A DNA stretch of 63,402 bases, the filler included, from Octopus bimaculoides (Eukaryota): NCBI RefSeq assembly GCF_001194135.2. It is 4 parts of 4 records of this genome, joined end to end, with 100 filler letters (N's around TTAATTAATTAA, not from the genome) between each part and the next. Parts side by side here need not be neighbours in the genome. Positions count along the whole stretch, not along the records: positions 1 to 26,543 come from NC_068986.1; 3 more parts are not named here. One strand, written 5' to 3'. Below are positions 11,611-23,957 of this stretch, piece by piece; position 1 is the stretch's first letter, and every line of letters begins with the position of its first letter. Below the pieces are notes generated by a model. It made no database searches. It was not told where the DNA came from and worked only from the letters and a program-made list of their open reading frames with translations. The translations under genes were made by a program, and so were the position numbers.

Positions 11611-12680
11611 ACATTTGCACCAGAAGCAAATCTTCTGGAATGAAATATGAGATCAACAAGCTGAACATGACAGCAATGTAGAATGGTTAGGAATTTTGGA
11701 GAAAGAAATGGAAGTCATAGAGAAACAAGAATATATAGTTATTAGAGTAGTAACAGTGAAGAAGTTGTTAAAGAAAATGCCAAATTGGAAGGGACCTAGA
11801 CCAAACAGTATTGAAGGGTTTTGGTTGATGAAATTTTCATTTCTACATGACAGAATCTCAAATCAGCAGAACAGATCAGAGAATTGTGGTACTTTGAATG
11901 ACTACTGTGTCTTGTGTTGAAAATAATGATAAGGGAAACATAATTTCCAATTCTAGGTCAATAATTTTCTCCCTTTTAATGTGGAAGCTTCTCACAGGTA
12001 TATTTGCAAAAGAGCTTTGTGAAAATCTTGAGGTTAAAAGAATTTTGCTGGTGGAAGAAAAAGGATGCAGAAAGGGAAGCAAGTGAACAAAAGATCAACT
12101 GCTGATTGATAAAATGGTAACAAAGAATTTAGGAAGTGGCTGACAAATTTAGGGATGGCTTGGGATAGATTACAAAAAGGCCTTTGATATGGTATTACAT
12201 AGCTGGAAACAAAAAACCATGGATATCTATGAAGTGATAGATAATATGAAGCATTAATCTGTGGCAGCTCGAGACAATGGAACATTGAACAGAGTAGCAG
12301 GGACACAATCATAGGGAAATGTTCACATAAAATGAGGAATATCTCAAGGAGACAGTATGTCATCACCTTTATTCAATACAGCTCTCATTGGGATATTACA
12401 AAAAGCAAAGGCAGCTTTTGATCAGGGGTGAGCCATTGGAAAGCTGAGCCATGTACTTTTTGATGACTGATATGAAATTGTTTGCAAAACATGTTTAACT
12501 GTCTGTGCACTAACAAAGTGCACAGTATTAATTTGGAAGAAGCGGAAAGTGATTCAAAGTGAAGGTGTACAAGTGCTTGGAATTGAATATTTAAAGAAAT
12601 TGATTTAAGGTGCAGGATATATATATATGGACATGCTAGAGACTGATAGAATGAAAAAAAAGGAAATGAAAGATGAGATT
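11611..12680 (+). mobile_element. R4/Dong-clade element, pre-RT and RT part (family 2), degenerate, 3' part lost
   Basis: FWNEI...EH...EWL...KMPNWKGPRPNSIEGFW; LMWKLLTGI...EEKGCRKGS...DQLLIDK; AWIDYKKAFD; many stops and frameshifts. Confidence 0.85.
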
Positions 12681-13089
12681 ATGGTAGGTTGTCCATCGGT
12701 GTCCAATGATGACAAAGTTTGCGTTCTTAGCAATGAGAGTGCATGTGACTCCACAGTCTAAGGCTGGAAGCACAGAGATGCCCAGAGATGTCACAGTGAT
12801 AGTCTGTTGATTGGATTGAGGTGGTTGCTGTCCTGTGACATCTTTCACTTGCAGCATCGAGATGCTGTCGCTGGTCCTCTTCGATGGGATTATAATAGAG
12901 TATAAAGGGAGAATAAGGAAAATACTGAAACCATATTTGAATTTTGGTGACATAACACTAGCTATATATATATTCAAGAGCATTTGTTTCTGTTCCTCTA
13001 TTATAATTTAACCTCCCATCATCTGGTACAAAACCACCTCCTCCTATTATTAGATATGTTGCAGGTACAAATCATTATCATTGTTTAAT

Positions 13090-13520
13090 GTCTACCTTCT
13101 ATGCTGGTATGAGTTAGATGGTTTGACAGGAGCTGGCTAGGCAGAAGATTGCACCAGACTTCTGTGTCTATTTTGGAATGGTTTTTATGGCTGGATACCC
13201 TTCCTAACATCAACCACCCTACAAAGTGGGCTGAGTGCTTTTTATGTGGCACCAGCACAGGTGAGGTCAGTTTTGGCATGGTTTTTGAAGCTGGATGCCC
13301 TTCTAGATGTCAACCATTTCACAGTGTGGATTGGGTGCTTTTTAAGCGGAACTAGCACTGGCAGAGTCACTAAGTAACTTTGCAAGACAAGGAATCTTTG
13401 AGCAGGAAGAAGGCATTGGAGGAGGTGACTTTGTGACAGATGATGAAAGGCTAGAGTGAGAAAGAGAAACAGAAACAGGTGTCTTGCTGTAGAGGAGGTA
13501 CGTGGTTACCTGGAGAGAGA
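13090..13520 (-). mobile_element. RTE-derived 3' tail / SINE-like repeat
   Basis: GCTGGATACCCTTCCTAA and CTACCTTCTATGCTGG match the reverse of the RTE tail seen at 18250-18400. Confidence 0.7.
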
Positions 13521-14303
13521 GTGAGAGAGAGAGAGAGAGAATTAACAGGAAATCAAATCTACAGATCTTAGGCTGTAAAACAAGAAAACTATTAATAATA
13601 TTTGGCTCTCGTCACCCTAGAGATGTGGATCACTAAATGATGACAATGACGATGATGAAATAGCTAAGACTATATTCTAAAATATTCTTCCTCTTTTAAG
13701 ATAGTAGGGTGTAATTTGAGAGAGAGATTTAGCTGCTATTTCTAGCAGATCGAGCAACCATGTAGAGCCTCTCTGTTAAACATATAAAAGTTGAATGTAC
13801 AGCCAGTATTGCAGTCATTCTCTACTGTCCATTACTACAATCCTGTTATTATGGAGGATTGGCTGTCATATGAAATGTGCAGAATTCTGAAATGTACCCC
13901 ACTATCAAAAATGAGTTAACTCAATTCCCATGTAGCAGGTGCACATGTACTTAAAGGTTAAGTACTCAAAAACATCTTGTCAGACACTCTACAATTTATG
14001 CCTCTATAAGGTATTACCATCAATGATTTGGATTGCATTTACAAGTTTGAATATCACCACCACCATCATTGTCATTGTTGTCTAATGTCTGTCTTCCATG
14101 CTAGCCTATCCAAGATATTGTTCTTGAGTCTTTGTTAAAAATTAATTCTATTTACACTGTTAAAACCAGTAAGAAAACAATGAATATCATATAAACTTAC
14201 TCTATTTTCCTGTTTATTCAAATGCTCGTACAACTATATGCTACATATCACAATCGTTTTAAAACAGTGGGAAAAAGAAACAAAGAAAAAAAAATCAACT
14301 TAC

Positions 14304-14406
14304 TATTCATTCATAAATTTAATTACATTCACTTTTGGGTTATCATCTTTGTATTCTAGAAGCTGAGAGATGCTATCTTCTAAATATAACAGGACTTGGA
14401 ATCTTT
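14304..14406 (-). CDS. CSTPP1: CSTPP1/C11orf49 ortholog, coding exon 2
   Basis: Long pyrimidine tract + TAG|AA AGA TTC...GAA TA|GTAAGT, 103 nt. Encodes (E)RFQVLLYLEDSISQLLEYKDDNPKVNVIKFMNE(Y), versus human QRHVLTYMEDAVCQLLENREDISQYGIARFFTEY. Confidence 0.92.
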
Positions 14407-15007
14407 CTATAGTAAACAAAACAGAAAGAAGAAAAAAAGGAAATAAGTTATGAATTATATACAGAGGTAAATTCTTGACATAATTCAGAATCTACAAAAC
14501 ACAGCTAAATATTTAGTGTTCATATTCTGTGTCACACTGTGGACTACTGAAAATGGATAAGCAAAAAATAAGAACAATATATTTGAACATGACTTTACGA
14601 AGTAACTGTCATTAAAATTATATAGGCACAGGTGTGGCTGTGTGGTAAAAAGCTTGCTTCCCAGTCACATGGTTCCAGGTTTAGTTTCACCGCATGGCAC
14701 CTTAGACAAGTGTCATCTACAATAGCCTTGTAAAAGCCTTGTAAGTAGATTTGGTAGACAGAAACTGAAAGAAGCCCATTGTGTGTGTGTATATATATAT
14801 ATANNNNNNNNNNNNNNNNNNNNNNNNNNNNNNNNNNNNNNNNNNNNNNNNNNNNNNNNNNNNNNNNNNNNNNNNNNNNNNNNNNNNNNNNNNNNNNNNN
14901 NNNNNNNNNNNNNNNNNNNNNNNNNNNNNNNNNNNNNNNNNNNNNNNNNNNNNNNNNNNNNNNNNNNNNNNNNNNNNNNNNNNNNNNNNNNNNNNNNNNN
15001 NNNNNNA

Positions 15008-15272
15008 TTTGACTGAGGACTGGTGAAACCAGATGGCTACACCAGGCTCCAATCTGATTTTGCAGAGTTTCTACAGCTGGATGCCCTTTCTAACGCCAAC
15101 CACTCTGAGAGTGTAGTGGGTGCTTTTACATGCCACCGGCACGAAGGCCAGTCAGGCAGTACTGGCAACGGCCACACTCAAAATGGTGTATTTTATGTGC
15201 CACCCGCACAAGATCCAGTCCAGGGGCACTGGCAACGATCTCGCTCGAAAATCCTTACACGTGTCACGGGCA
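15008..15272 (-). mobile_element. Young RTE-tailed SINE-like element with about 65-bp internal repeats
   Basis: About 90% reverse-complement identity to 18046-18340; CpGs retained. Confidence 0.85.
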
Positions 15273-16624
15273 TATATATATATATAAATGGTAGTAGACT
15301 ATGAGTTGATGGAGGATTGGCTGTTATTTCTAGTGTGCTGACAAGACCATCTGCACAGAGGTTCTTAACTTGCCATCACATTAAGTGGTATTGTTGTTTA
15401 GTCCATAGGTGGAGACCTATGATCAAAAGCACTCTTTTTTCTTTCTTTTCGAGGTAACGAAATGTTAAAGGTACTCATGCTGGTGACACAGAAAAGGTAC
15501 CTGTTCCAGTGACATGTAAAAGACAACCGGTACATTCTATGGATTGGTTGGTATTAGGAAGAGCATGCAGCTGTAGAAACCAAGCCAAAACTGACTGGAG
15601 CTTGGTGCAACTCTCCAGCTTACCAGTTCCATTTAAACCATCTAACCCATGTAAGAATGGAAAACAGACACTAAATGATGATGATGACGATGATGAAGTA
15701 GCTAAGACTATATTCTAAAATATTCTTCCTCTTTTAAGATAGTAGGGTGTAATTTGAGAGAGAGATTTTGCTGCTATTTCTAGCAGATCGAGCAACCGTG
15801 TAGAGCCTCTCTGTTAAACATATAAAAGTTGAATGTACAGCCAGTATTGCAGTCATTCTCTACTGTCCATTACTACAACTATATTTACATTTGGATATAT
15901 TTAGTTAATGTACAATTGGTTGTCTTTGATATGTTACATTACTATGAAAACAGCAGTTTCTGTGAGTCACTACTATATTGGTTTGTTGAAGGGTGGATGA
16001 TTCATGTTTTACTACTGGCACTGTGCTGTTTCTATTTCTCTGATACAAAGTCATTTATTAGACAATAATCCAATCTCTACCATTTATACATAAATGCCAC
16101 TGGGGTAGGTGCAGATGACCGCTGAGAGCAGTGGCAATGCTAAACACCATGTATCATTGACAAATCAATTGTGAATGTAGAATGTTGAGCTGAACGCTTT
16201 TCATGGAATAACGTTTTACATAAAGGAAAGGGATATTGTCCATCTACTTAAACCATTAATGCCTGAATTAGCAACAGCTTCTTCTATCTTCTTTTACTTG
16301 TTTCAGTCATTGTGGACTGTGGCTATGCAGGGGCACCACCCCGAAGGGTTTTAATTGAAGAAATCACACACCTCAGTATTTCTTTTTCATTTTAAGCCTG
16401 TTTCTTGTTCTATTAGTCTCTTTTGCTGAATAACTAAGTTACAGGGATGTAAACAAACCAGCACTGGATATTTTTATGTAATTTTGATAAATATATCTGT
16501 TAAAACAAGATGTGAATGTTATTTTCATTTTTGCATAATTTAGACAATAGTTTATTCGCCGCAACGTGTATATATATGTATGCATGTATATATACATGTA
16601 CATATGTGTGTGCGTGTGTGTGTG

Positions 16625-16659
<35 letters not shown>

Positions 16660-16707
16660 GTATGTATGTATGTATATATGTATCTATGTATGTATCTATG
16701 TATGTAA

Positions 16708-17222
16708 GTGTGGAGAAATATGTAGCCAAAGATAAACCTCTGTACTTGGCTTTTGTTGACTTAGAGAAAGCCTTTGACAGGGTCCCCCAGTCCCTTATCT
16801 AGTGGTCAATGTGGAAACTGGGGATAGACAAGTGATTGGATAGAGCTGTACAAGCCCTGCACAGGGATGCTGTCAGTAAGGTGAGGGTTGGCAACAAGTA
16901 TGGTGTAGAATTCCAGGTAGAAGTAGGGGTTCACCAAGGATCAGACCTCAGCCCCCTCTTATTCATTATAGTCCTCCAGGCAATAACAGAGGAATTCAAA
17001 ACAGGCTGCCCTTGGGAGCTCCTCTATGCTGATGACCTTGCTCTAATAGCTGAGTCACTGTCAGAACTAGAGACAAAGTTTAGGGTGTGGAAGCAAGGTC
17101 TAGAATTGAAGGGCCTTAGGCTTAACCTAGCTATAACCAAAGTCTTAGTAAGTAGGAAGGCTGACAAATCACAACCCCCTTCGAGTAGATGGCCTTGCCC
17201 GATCTGTAGAAAAGGCATGGGT
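16708..17222 (+). mobile_element. RTE LINE reverse-transcriptase fragment
   Basis: YLAFVDLEKAFDRVP, GVHQGSDLSPLLF, LLYADDL, then WPCPICRKG Cys insert; in-frame stops upstream. Confidence 0.95.
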
Positions 17223-18012
17223 AATATTTATCAAATTGTAATGTCTCTTTCTCTCTCTTTTGATCTGTATGTGTATATGTCTGTGCATGCATGTCTTTGT
17301 CCCCAGTGTAAAAAAAAAAGACATACTGTCACCAGAACAGGTTTAACGTCTAGTCAACTGCACAGGATCACCTGTGTCTGAACCACCATTCCCAATTGCC
17401 TTATTCTGATAAATTTAACAGTAGTTAAAATTGCTAAAATTAAAGGCATCTTTAGTTTAACAGTTATTTAGTGTATATTGCCTCAGTTCATCTCTGAGGC
17501 AAGTCCTTTAACACAGTGAGTCATCTCAATGAAAACTTCACATCCATGCAATGTTATGAAGAACAAATTAGCCTGGCAAAACTCACTTCTCAATAGGAAT
17601 AGCTCAACAAATCTGCTGTCAGATATAGGTTCCAATAATCTGAAAATGTTACCCTGAGATAGTTGAAGTAGCTGTTTTGCTTTAAGTCAGATCTAACTGA
17701 ATAGCCCTATGGTAAAAAGGGAGTTGGTTGAATGACAAGATGCAAGTCACAGATCTATTGTTTCACATATACCATGTTTCTACCTAGCCAAGGACAACAT
17801 TTCACATTCTAACATGGACATAGAGCAACTGGATGATATTCTACCCATTTCTAAATGTTGAATTATTATCATTCTACCAACATTCCAGTCTTGAACATTC
17901 CAATTTCTTTCATGGCATATATATTTCAGTACTTGATTATCCCAAAAATGAAGGTTGAAATTTGAAGTCAAGTTTGACTGCTACTTCTCGTAGGACAAGT
18001 GATTGTATAGAT

Positions 18013-18654
18013 CAGTGGTTCACAATATTTTTTTTTTACCTATGCACCAGCATCGCCTTCCTGGCACTTGAGCCGGATGGCACGTGTAAAGACATTTGAG
18101 CGAGATCGTTGCCAGTGCCGCCGAACTGGCTCCTGTGCAGGTGGCACGTAAAATACACCATTTTGAGCGTGGCCGTTGCCAGTACTGCCTGACTGGCTTT
18201 CGTGCCGGTGGCACGTAAAAGCACCCACTACACTCTCGGAGTAGTTGGCGTTAGGAAGGGCATCCAGCTGTAGAAACTCTGCCAAATCAGATTGGAGCCT
18301 GGTGTAGCCATCTGGTTTCACCAGTCCTCATTCAAATCGTCCAACCCATGCTAGCATGGAAAGTGGACGTTAAACAATGATGATGATGATGATGATGATG
18401 GTGGACCCCCATAGCTTCTCAAAGTTTAAAAACTAGTTTTACAGATACTTCTTCCAAAATTCCTATTTTGCTTTTCACACAATAACTTGTGTAGATTGAA
18501 CTATGTAAAACATTAGAGAAAGAAATTGAGAAAAATGTTTTTATGAACCTTTAAAATACTAGTGTAGATCCCCAATTTACTATATTGCTTGCATGGACCC
18601 CCATGAATATCATGGATCCCAAGGTTCATATGGACTCTTGGTTGAGAACCACTG
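18013..18654. mobile_element. hAT MITE carrying a nested RTE-tailed SINE (18046-18400)
   Basis: TIRs CAGTGGTTCACAA / TTGAGAACCACTG; TSD GTATAGAT/ATACAGAT; nested element ends in (GAT)n. Confidence 0.85.
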
Positions 18655-19739
18655 ATACAGATGTTCTTTGGCTCATTCAATGTTAAATTTATCTCTCATC
18701 TACTTCAGAAAAAACCTTGGGACTTAAAAGACATTTCCATCACATTACATTACGAAATTATCTTACTGTCATATCCATACTTTGTACAGATATTTGATGG
18801 ATATTTTTCAGTAATCCAATCAAAGAAAATAGTGCAGTCCTTTACGAAGCTAAGCACCGGTTCCCAAAAGCATCTCGAGGCTAAGAAAGTATTTACATCA
18901 CACTACATTATCAGATTAATATACTTTGCATTTCCATACCCTCCACAGCTACCTGATGATTTTCTTAAAAAGTAATTTAATACAGTGGATATCAACTTCA
19001 AGGTTCTGCAAAAGCTATGGACACGGCTCATTCCTCAAGACCAAATTAACTAAATAATTGTAATTATTTTGTTAATATGATTGAAGAAAATATCCTACTC
19101 TTAAAAAACAGAAAAATAAATATCTCTACGATAATCACAATAATTATTATACTTTTTATAGCATAACCTATTTTCTTTTTAAATTACATAATATGATTAA
19201 TAAATCTAAAACTGGAAATAGTAGTAAAATTACATTGTGCTTGAAATTATTATTATTATACAAATGACTTTCAAAAGGAGAAAGAATATTTTTCAGGATC
19301 GTAACTAATCACTTCAGAGTATCTTCTGGTGCAGAATCAATAATTTGTTAAATTACGTGCATCTAATTCTCTGCAAGAAACGAAGAGGGGGTCAAGGCTA
19401 TAGGAATGTTGTTACTGACATTGGTACACCATGGAATCGGGGAAAAATTGTGAGAAAATTGGAACACTTAGTAATTGAATTATGCAAAAATATCCCCAAC
19501 AATAATTTAATTTGTTGCATTTACTACAACTGCCACTGTCATCGTACTTATATTCATTACCATTGCTATTGTTGTAGTCACCACCACCACCATATCATCA
19601 TCATCATCACCACCACCATCACCATCCACTATCAAGATCATCATCATCATCATCATCAATAGTGTCTTAATTATCACCTTCATCAGTTTTATTTCTGTCC
19701 TGCTACATCCCCATGGGTTCTTCTTTTTCTTGTTATTAT

Positions 19740-19959
19740 TGAGATGTCAGAATCGTTACTACACTTGACAAAATATTTAGCAGTATTTCATCTGACGCTT
19801 TCCATTCTGAGTTCAAATTCCATTGAGATCGACTTTACCTTACACCCTTTCAGGGTCAATAAAATAAGTACCAGTAGAGCACTGGAGTCAATGGAATTGA
19901 TGTATCCCTTCCCCCAAAGTTGCAGGTCCTGTGCCAAAATCTCAAATCATTATTATTAC

Positions 19960-19998
<39 letters not shown>

Positions 19999-20700
19999 TA
20001 TTATTATTAAGGTGGTGAGTTGGCAGAACCATTAGCATGCCAGACAAAGTGCTTAGTGGCAATTCACCCAGTACTACATTCTGAGTTCAAATTCCACCAA
20101 GGTCAACTTTGCTTTTTCCTCCTTTCAGGGTCAATAAATTAAGTACCAGTGGAACACTCGGGTCGATGTAATTGACTAGTCCCACCCCTAAAACTTCAGG
20201 CTTTGTGCCTTTAGTAGAAAGGATCATTATTATTATTATTATTAGTAAGGTGGTGAGCTGACAGAATCATTAGCACCCCAGGTAGAATGCTTAATGGCAT
20301 TTCATCCGTCTTTATGTTCTGAGTTCAAATTCTGCCATGGTCAGCTTTGCCTTTTATCATTTTGGGGTCGATAAATTAAATACCAGTTGAGCACTGGGGT
20401 CAATGTAATCGAATTAACCTCTCTCCCAAAATTTGAAACCACTATTATTATTATTATTATGAAGGTGGTGAGTTAGCAGAATCTTTAGCATGCTGGATGA
20501 AATTCTTATCAGTATTTCACTTGTCACTATGTTCTGAGTTCAAATTCTGCCGAGGTAGACTTTGCTTTTTAATCCTTTTTTTGGGGGGGGGGGTGTGATA
20601 AATTAAGTACCAGTGAAACACTGGGGGCGATGTAATAAACTAGTCCCCTCCCCCCAAATTTCAGGCCTTGTGCCTATAGTAGAAAAGATTATTATTATTT
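19740..20700 (+). mobile_element. Four head-to-tail SINEs (family B, ATT-tailed)
   Basis: Units of about 230 bp: AAGGTGGTGAG...GAGTTCAAATTC...CCTTTCAGGGTCAATAAA.TAAGTACCAGT...(ATT)n. The CCTTTCGGGGTCGATAAA segment resembles the Deu/Nin SINE domain. Confidence 0.9.
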
Positions 20701-20932
20701 TGGTTTGGTTCAGGTTCAGTCTTATTCCTGGTAGGAATTATGTGAATAACAAGTTACTACCTGTAACCTTAGGTATCCACAAGTTTTTAGCAATTTTCCA
20801 AGTGCTTAGAACCCTCCTGATAATTCTTGCTGTCCCTAAGAGGCAAAATTTCTGTAGGAGCTCTATTGGGTACTCTGTTTCAATTTCCTGCAGCCATTTG
20901 TCTATATCTTGGTTTACTGTTCCCAGTGCATC
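20701..20932 (-). mobile_element. R4/Dong 3' end (ORF C-terminus + 3' UTR)
   Basis: ALGTV...KWLQEI.....IELLQK.CLLGTARIIRRVL; flanked by TTA tracts. Confidence 0.85.
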
Positions 20933-20960
20933 TATTATTATTATTATTATTATTATTATA

Positions 20961-21455
20961 GATGTCACATAGTATACAATATCATGAAGTTGTTGATTGA
21001 AGATACTGTGTCTACCGGGGGTTCATACTGTTTGTCAAGTCACAACAAGGACCTCAGACAGACAGTACTTTACGCAATATGTGTGAAGTTCCAAGTAATG
21101 CTGACTTCTGCAATACACATAGATTGCAGGGTATTTCTAAAGTTTTCAGATGTTTTTTTCAGACTGAGTAGTATTGAACCCAATGCCCCAATGACAACAT
21201 GGATAACCTTTATGTTTGACTCTCATAGCTGGCACATCTTGGCGATCTCAATTCTCAGGTCTCCATATTTATCAAACTTTCTTCTTTCTTTCATGATGAT
21301 ATGTTGATCTCCTGGCATTGCCTCGTCAATTATTAGACACTCTTGTTTTGTCCCTTCTAAAGGTTACTATATCCAGCCTTTGGTGCTCTAATACCTTGTC
21401 TGTCTGGAAGTTAAAATCCCAGAGGATTTTTGCCTTCCCCTTTTCGTCCATTTAC

Positions 21456-21457
<2 letters not shown>
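20961..21457 (-). mobile_element. R4/Dong 3' end with RLE endonuclease domain
   Basis: KILWDFNFQTDKVLEHQR.DIV...CLIID.AMPGD...K..KYGDLRIEI...VVIGALG (PD-D-K RLE motif); flanked by (TTA)n. Confidence 0.9.
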
Positions 21458-21493
<36 letters not shown>

Positions 21494-21499
21494 ATTATT

Positions 21500-21830
21500 A
21501 CGGTGGGGAGCCAGCAGAAATATGAACATGTTGGATGAAAAATGCTTAGCATGATTCTTTAAGCTGTGAGTTCAAATGCTGCCATGGTTGACTGTGTTTT
21601 TCATCCTTCTGGAGTCAATAAAATAATGTACTGGATTGAATAAAATCAACTAACCCCTTCCCCCTAAAATTGCTGGCCTTGTGCCAAAATAAGAAAGGAT
21701 TATCATTACTATTGTTAAGGTAATGAGCTGGTAAAATCATTGGAGTGTTGGAGGAGACACCATGTAGCATTTCTTCTATTTCTTTATAGTCTGTGTTCAA
21801 GATTGACTCTGCCTTTCATCCTGGATGCCT
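21500..21830 (+). mobile_element. Family B SINEs (one full, one partial)
   Basis: Same motifs as 19740-20700, more decayed. Confidence 0.75.
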
Positions 21831-23783
21831 TTCCTGTCACCAATGTTTTCTTGTTTACAAGCAATATAATATTTCCCCATAGCTACAGTGTTTTCCTTTT
21901 TTTTTATTATGGAAGACTGGAAATGACCAAATGAACATTACTTGTACACTGGTGGTGCTTAGTGTCGCTGGACTGGCTCCTGTGCAGGTGGCACATGACT
22001 TAGTGGATAGAATATTCATCTCCTGTTCATAAGGTTGTGAGTTCGATTCCACATTTTATTTCATGTTGGTCCAGTTCACTCAGCTGGCAAAAATGAGTTG
22101 TCCTGTAATTCAAAGAGCAAGCCTTGTCACATTCTGTCATACTGAATCTCTCCGAGAGCTACGTTAAGGGCTCGCGTGTCTGTAGAGTGCTCAGCCACTT
22201 GCACATTAATTTCACAAGTAGGCTGTTCCGTTAATCGGATCAACTAGAACCTTCGTCATCGTAACCAGTGGAATACCAGTTAGATTCATGGTTTAGCTAT
22301 TATTACCTATGTGGTCATTTTAAAACACCTGGTATTAAGCTGTCTACACAAATAAACAAAACACTTATCGATTTATAATACAAACCAATCACATCTTACG
22401 GTGAGTGTGATTGCATGTTGGTAAACATAAAAAACAAACAAACAAAAAACTGCCTTGGTTTTCACATCGAAATACATGCAGGTTACAGAACATATAAGGT
22501 TGTAATTTCAACCGAAGCTTTCTCTTACATCATCTGCTTTTATTCCTTATCTCTCTTACATACACTATATGAGAAACAGCGCACAATCCCACACACGCAT
22601 CGTTCTTTCTCATATGTAGGCTTTAATATACAAGAAACAGAAATTCTTATTTCCCTCTTTCTCTCTCATACAACAGGCACAAATATATACAACAGGGATA
22701 ATATAATAACCTTCTGATAATAAAATAACTTGAATAAAACATGTTGATTTAAGAAAATATTGATATCTTCTTTCATCTTTAATATTGCAGCATTTCTCTT
22801 CTTTTCCGCAAACATTTATTTCATCAATTTATTTCAAAACTGTTGAACCTCAACGTGTTATTTGAAGGTATACATATAACCACATTTTTCAATTGTTGCT
22901 ACGAATTGGCTAATTCCTTACATGTCACCCAAATAATTGCAGGAGTGGGTTGGAAACGTATTAATGATACCTATAGTTATTAATCTATTAAAATTTACAT
23001 TGTTTTGACAATACATGTTTTGCCAAAATCGTTTGCTCCAAGCGAGCAAGTAAGTAGTAACAGAGAAACAAAAATTCTAAAAATCTTTTGCTAAAACGGT
23101 TTTCATAATATCACGGAATATATCAAAGTAAAAGGTAGCTAATTACCAGGAAACTTTTCCTATGATATCTAAGACTATATTTCTAATGCTATACGTTGCT
23201 TATGTATTTCAATTCAGTTTGAAAACAATTAAGAATTCGGATAAATTTAGCATTTAGCAAGAAAAACAACAGACTCCATTATGAAGCAGGTGTTTTATCA
23301 CATTGAACAAAAGCTTCTAACAAAGAATTATAACAAAATGTTTTAAATTTCATTACTAACAATTTTAAATGGAAGGTTTTGTTCAAAATAATCAGAAGCC
23401 GTCTGCGATGCGATGCTATTAAAAAGGTTAATTTACGCTTCTAATACTCTTGGGTAAAGGCATGAAGATCACACAATCACATTCTCCTTTCCTTATATAC
23501 ATTTGTGGACTTTTGACGGAGAAAAAAAATATTTTAAAAATCAGTAATAAATTGAACGGGAAATATTTTGAGACTAACGTCCAAATACTGAACAGACTGT
23601 ATGCACTATTTCTTTCCTATTTGGAAATAACTTTTGTTTATTTACCTTTATCATAATGTTTATATTATTTTCGACTAAGAATTACGAATCGTACATTAAC
23701 TAAATATGCCGAAACACAGCTGAATATTACAAAATCGTAACATAACATAACAATATAGAAGTCCATTGAGGCGCTGAGCCGTC

Positions 23784-23796
23784 GTTGCCTAGCAAC
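23784..23796. promoter_or_regulatory. RFX X-box
   Basis: GTTGCCTAGCAAC matches the RFX palindromic consensus; 113 bp into intron 1 of a centriolar-satellite gene. Confidence 0.75.
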
Positions 23797-23908
23797 AGTC
23801 AGCTTACAAATTCCCTCTTATGCATGACTTCGTTCCGAAAACGGAAGCGAATAAATTTGAAATATAGCGAATTAGATGTGAATTCTATTTTGATTATTGA
23901 TGACTTAC

Positions 23909-23957
23909 CAAGATAGGATTCCGGACTGGAAGCAATTCCGTCGCTACTCTCTGTCAT
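23909..23957 (-). CDS. CSTPP1: CSTPP1/C11orf49 ortholog, coding exon 1
   Basis: ATA ATG ACA GAG...TAT CTT G|GTAAGT, 49 nt, MTESSDGIASSPESYL. A at -3, phase 1 joins exon 2 as GAA, lies in a CpG-rich island, and YL aligns with human EYLAQRH. Confidence 0.82.

Noticed and set aside
14201-14209. 9-nt micro-exon on minus strand (CAG|GAAAATAGA|GTAAGT)
   Set aside because: No pyrimidine tract, and inclusion would create TAG at once; more likely a chance or cryptic donor.
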